Source of the DNA: Azolla caroliniana
Taxonomy: Eukaryota; Plantae; Polypodiophyta
Direction of reading: 5' to 3'
Assembly: GCA_043228905.1 (NCBI GenBank)
Contig: JBHGNT010000010.1
Span: 3,658,001-3,722,000 of the forward strand
DNA: 64,000 nt
The stretch's first letter is position 1, and every line of letters begins with the position of its first letter. This document shows, one piece after another, positions 62,946-64,000 of this stretch. The translations under genes and the position numbers were made by a program. The notes under the pieces are model-generated. The model worked only from the letters and a program-made list of their open reading frames with translations. It made no database searches and was not told the DNA's origin.

Positions 62946-63252
62946 TGTTGAGAATCAAACTCGAATTCCCTAGTGTGGGAACACACTTTAGTATACGCAA
63001 GTGTGTGAACACCAGATCTAATTGTATAGTAGCTAGTGTGTCATAGAACTTTAAGTTCTATTACACATATTTAGTAGGTAGTTAAGTCTCTAGCTCCTTT
63101 CCAAGTGGTGTTTGTAGTGAGAGAACATAGAGAGAAGGTGATTGCATAAGCACCTTCTCCTCCTCTTTGCAACTGTTAGTTCTTTCTTACTCATTGTAAA
63201 TACAGTTTTCTTGCTTTCTGTATGCATTGTGTTCTCTTTCTCTCTCTCTCGA

Positions 63253-63294
<42 letters not shown>

Positions 63295-64000
63295 CTTTTC
63301 CATTGCATAGAATCATATTTGATTCTTTACATGGTATTAGAGCACTTGGTAGCCTGATCCAAGCCCATCTGCGCGTTGTTTCTAAGCCCACGTTCATGAA
63401 GAACCAGCAGATCGTTGTAGCAACAACCCTGCACAACTCGTATCATAGAGAAGAAGAAATCACAAGTTGACCATCATGAACACTCAGATGGGCAACTCTC
63501 TCCCGATTGAAAAGCTCAACAAAAACAACTTTGAATCTTGGGAATACAAGATGTAGCAATACCTTGTGGGTCAAGGCTATTGGAGTTATATTGAAGAAGA
63601 ATAAGAAATGCAACTCAACCCAACACACACCGACTACCCAGCATGGGAGCAAGCAACAAGCCATGTGTTGTATTGCCTAACATCACTCGTTCATGATCAC
63701 ATGCTCGGCTACATCCGAAAGGTGAAAATGCCAAAGGAGGCGTGGGGAAATCTCAAAAAGATATTCACGGCTAACACGAGCACATGAAAGCTTCAACTCC
63801 ATCAAGAGTTGAACAACATTCAACGGAGGGACATGAGAATCAACAGCTACACCTTGAAGATCAAGGAGTTGTGCGACTACCTCGAGTCGATCAATGTCAA
63901 CATTGACGATGATGAAGTGGTGCAGATATGCCTCAGTGGCCTATCACCCCGGTTCGATGCAATAACGTCAGTCGTCCTCGTGAGGGAGAATCCTCCCTCC
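62946..64000 (+). mobile_element. Third related Ty1/copia element (LTR 62946-63331, PBS 63332-63343, gag from 63476), running off the window
   Basis: TGTTGAGAATC...GATTCTTTACA, PBS TGGTATTAGAGC, and gag MNTQMGNSLPIEKLNKNNFESWEYKM* with internal stops. Confidence 0.9.

Overview
AT-rich, repeat-dense eukaryotic nuclear DNA from a land plant. MIR396 together with a Tcn1-type chromovirus suggests a fern or lycophyte, which is an inference. Host genes I can support: (1) a MIR396-family microRNA precursor at ~6.4-6.6 kb with an upstream TATA box; (2) a complete 9-exon alanine-glyoxylate aminotransferase 2 gene (AGT2, 16703-20330, 476 aa); (3) an intronless, GC-rich secreted A1B aspartic protease gene (ASPG/nepenthesin-like, 38966-40456). 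The rest is mostly decayed transposons: L1- and RTE-like LINE fragments, a tRNA-derived SINE-like family, micro- and minisatellites, and from 45.8 kb onward a nested block. That block holds a Tnt1-like copia, a hAT transposase remnant, a full-length chromoviral Ty3/gypsy element (48668-55399) carrying a solo LTR, and three copies of a second copia family. Most notable observations: antisense tRNA-like Pol III cassettes inside two unrelated LTRs and in a bipartite convergent SINE; a MIR396 whose guide arm has diverged while the star arm is canonical; a Tf1-type self-priming PBS; and a -1 frameshift signal in the gypsy element. No tools were run, so all family assignments come from motifs recognised by eye.
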